Shown piece by piece: positions 61,911-64,000 of a stretch of 64,000 bases of DNA. The stretch spans positions 15,852 through 79,851 of the forward strand of contig DASQIK010000066.1 in NCBI GenBank assembly GCA_035631615.1, written 5' to 3'. The position numbers were made by a program, and so were the translations under genes. Position 1 is the stretch's first letter; each line of letters begins with the position of its first letter. The notes under the pieces were generated by a model. That model saw only the letters and a list, made by a program, of their open reading frames with translations, was not told where the DNA came from and ran no database searches. Source of the DNA: Candidatus Dormiibacterota bacterium. Its GTDB lineage: Bacteria; Chloroflexota; Limnocylindria; Limnocylindrales; CSP1-4.

Positions 61911-63602
61911 TCAGACCCCGACGGGCTCGCGGTATTCGCCGAAGACGCCGCGCAGGACGCCGCACATCTCGCCGAGCGTCGCGTAGGCGGCCGCGCAGCG
62001 GATGAAGTGCGGCATCAGGTTCGAGTCCGAAGACCCGGGGCGGGCGGCCGCTTCCCGCAACCCACGCAGCGCGCTCTCCACGGCGCCACCGTCGCGCTCC
62101 CGCCGCGTCCGTTCGAGGCGGGCCAAATGCGCCTCGAGCGAGCCGGGCGGCACGCTCAGCACCGGGACGGTGGTGACCTCGCGCTGGTCGACGTAGGCAT
62201 TCACGCCCACGATCCGGCGCTCGCGCTCGTCGACCTCGCGCTGGAATCGGTAGGCCGCCTCGGCGATCTCGCGCTGGGGGTAGCCGTCGATCACGGCAGG
62301 CACCATGCCGCCGCGCCGGTCGATCTCGTCGAGGTAGACCCAGACCTGCCGCTCGACCTCGTTGGTGAGCGATTCGACGAACCACGAGCCACCGAGCGGA
62401 TCGATGGTGCCGGTGACCCCGGTCTCCTCGGCGATGACCTGCTGCTGGCGGAGGGCCAGGAGGGCAGCCTCCGCGGTAGGGACCGCCAGCGCCTCGTCGT
62501 ACGCGTCCGTGTGGAGCGACTGCGTTCCGCCGAGGACCGCGGCCAGCGCCTGGATCGCCACCCGGGTCAGGTTGTTCAGGGGCTGCTGGGGCGTGAGCGA
62601 GACCCCCGCGGTCTGTGTGTGGAAGCGCATCCAGGTCGAGCGCTCGTTCTCGGCGTGGTAGCGCTCGGTCATGAGCCGGTGCCAGATGCGGCGTGAGGCG
62701 CGGAACTTCGCGATCTCCTCGAAGAAGTCGCTGTGCGAGTTGAAGAAGAAGGACAGCCGGGGTGCGAAGTCGTCGACGCGCAGGCCGCGCTCGATGGCGG
62801 CCTCGACGTAGGCCATCCCGTCCGCGATCGTGAACGCGAGCTCCTGGACGGCGGTCGAGCCCGCCTCCCGGATGTGGTAGCCCGAGATCGAGACCGTGTT
62901 CCAGCGCGGCATCTCGCGCGTCCCGAACTCGATCGTGTCCGTCACCAGGCGCATCGACGGCGCCGGCGGGAACAGGAACTCCTTCTGGGCCACGAACTCC
63001 TTGAGGATGTCGTTCTGGGTCGTGCCTTCGAGCATCGCCCGCTGGAAGCCGGCCTGCTCGGCGGCGACGATGTACATCGCCCAGATCGGGGCCGCCGGCG
63101 AGTTGATCGTCATCGAGGTCGAGACCTTGTCGAGCGGCAGGCCGTCGAGCAGGACCTCCATGTCGGCCAGCGACGAGACGCCGACGCCGCACGTGCCGAA
63201 CTCGCCTTCGGCCTCCGGGTCGTCGGTGTCGTAGCCGTACAGCGTCGGCATGTCGTAGGCGATCGAGAGGCCGGTCTGGCCGGCCGCCAGCAGGTCCTTG
63301 AACCGCCGATTCGTGTCCTCGGCGGCGCCGAAGCCCGCGAACATGCGCATCGTCCACAGGCGCGAGCGGTAGCCCGACGGGTGGATGCCCCGGGTGAACG
63401 GCGCCTCGCCCGGCATGCCGATGCGCTCCGCGGCGGTATCGGGGCCGGCGCCCAGCGACCACGGCCCGTACACCGGGTCGAGCTCGATCTCGCCGAGCGT
63501 GCGGAAGCTGCGCTCGCGCTCGGGCGCGCGGCCGAGGGCGGGGTCCAGCCGCTCGACCTTCCACGCGCGCCGGCGTGCCTGCCAGTCGATGCCGTCGCTC
63601 AT
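61911..63602 (-). CDS. acyl-CoA (methylmalonyl/isobutyryl-type) mutase large catalytic subunit
   Basis: ORF 61911..63896 trimmed to the ATG at 63600-63602. [52 protein letters not shown]. Confidence 0.9.
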   Translation of the reverse strand: MSDGIDWQARRRAWKVERLDPALGRAPERERSFRTLGEIELDPVYGPWSLGAGPDTAAERIGMPGEAPFTRGIHPSGYRSRLWTMRMFAGFGAAEDTNRRFKDLLAAGQTGLSIAYDMPTLYGYDTDDPEAEGEFGTCGVGVSSLADMEVLLDGLPLDKVSTSMTINSPAAPIWAMYIVAAEQAGFQRAMLEGTTQNDILKEFVAQKEFLFPPAPSMRLVTDTIEFGTREMPRWNTVSISGYHIREAGSTAVQELAFTIADGMAYVEAAIERGLRVDDFAPRLSFFFNSHSDFFEEIAKFRASRRIWHRLMTERYHAENERSTWMRFHTQTAGVSLTPQQPLNNLTRVAIQALAAVLGGTQSLHTDAYDEALAVPTAEAALLALRQQQVIAEETGVTGTIDPLGGSWFVESLTNEVERQVWVYLDEIDRRGGMVPAVIDGYPQREIAEAAYRFQREVDERERRIVGVNAYVDQREVTTVPVLSVPPGSLEAHLARLERTRRERDGGAVESALRGLREAAARPGSSDSNLMPHFIRCAAAYATLGEMCGVLRGVFGEYREPVGV

Positions 63603-63622
63603 GCGGGCGACAGTACCACCGG

Positions 63623-63937
63623 CTACGGCGCCGGCATGGCCGCGGCAGCCGCGACCGCCGCCAGCACCCGCTGATCGTGCGCCGCACGGGAGGCGTTCGG
63701 GTCGACGGTCGTCGCGACGATCACGACCCACACGTCGGCGCCGTCCGGCCAGACCACGACGGTCTGGAGCGACAGGTTGTTCAGCGTCTCGAGCCGAAAG
63801 ACGATTCCCGCACCGGGCATGCTCGGCCGGGTGGTCGTGATGTTCTCGGTGTGGCTCGCATGCTGCGCGCCGGCCGTGTAGAACTCCTCGACCCACGCGG
63901 TCTGGACGGCGGGTTCGGGCAGCCCCTGGGTCGACAT
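63623..63937 (-). CDS. hypothetical protein (may start beyond the listed ATG)
   Basis: 104-aa ORF directly upstream of the mutase gene on the same strand, with mixed composition. No motif recognised. Confidence 0.35.
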   Translation of the reverse strand: MSTQGLPEPAVQTAWVEEFYTAGAQHASHTENITTTRPSMPGAGIVFRLETLNNLSLQTVVVWPDGADVWVVIVATTVDPNASRAAHDQRVLAAVAAAAAMPAP

Positions 63938-64000
63938 GATCGCGATGACCGTGCCGTCGCCGTTCGAGCCGTCCCAGGTCGCGCCGGCGAAGTGCAGCTG

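Overview
High-GC bacterial chromosomal window (roughly 70% GC by eye). MMPL transporter, ECF sigma/anti-sigma pair, paired M16 peptidases, DinB-fold proteins and frequent GTG starts with 4-nt start/stop overlaps look Actinomycetota-like, but I cannot assign a taxon. Most of the window is ordinary backbone: a CoxS/CoxM-type molybdenum-hydroxylase pair with a MoxR ATPase, an OmpR/HK two-component system, carA-carB, and a fatty-acyl/acyl-CoA mutase neighbourhood (thiolase, Hbd, ACAD, MeaB, B12-binding subunit, mutase large subunit), plus folE and trxA. Many long ORFs in the six-frame track are antisense or frame artefacts of the GC content, and I trimmed several N-terminal extensions by hand. The exception is 27972-41356, a 13.4-kb element integrated into tRNA-Lys(CTT) and bounded by perfect 48-bp direct repeats. 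It carries a tyrosine integrase, an RHH-Xis-RepA(AAA_25)-like module in translationally coupled genes, and an orphan P27-type small terminase. It also has a lone tail-fibre-like gene and a lower-GC cargo end. That cargo holds a 486-aa HEPN-motif protein facing a membrane-anchored GAF-like protein, a small basic protein and a polytopic membrane protein. I consider this cargo the best candidate for an undescribed, probably anti-phage, system. All family assignments come from reading motifs by eye; no searches were run. Secondary observations include putative integrase arm-site repeats at both island ends and a repeat-rich switch region. Others are two paralogous Cys-motif proteins next to the integrase, a roughly 170-180-bp inverted-repeat element present twice in convergent intergenic spacers, and several tandem repeats.
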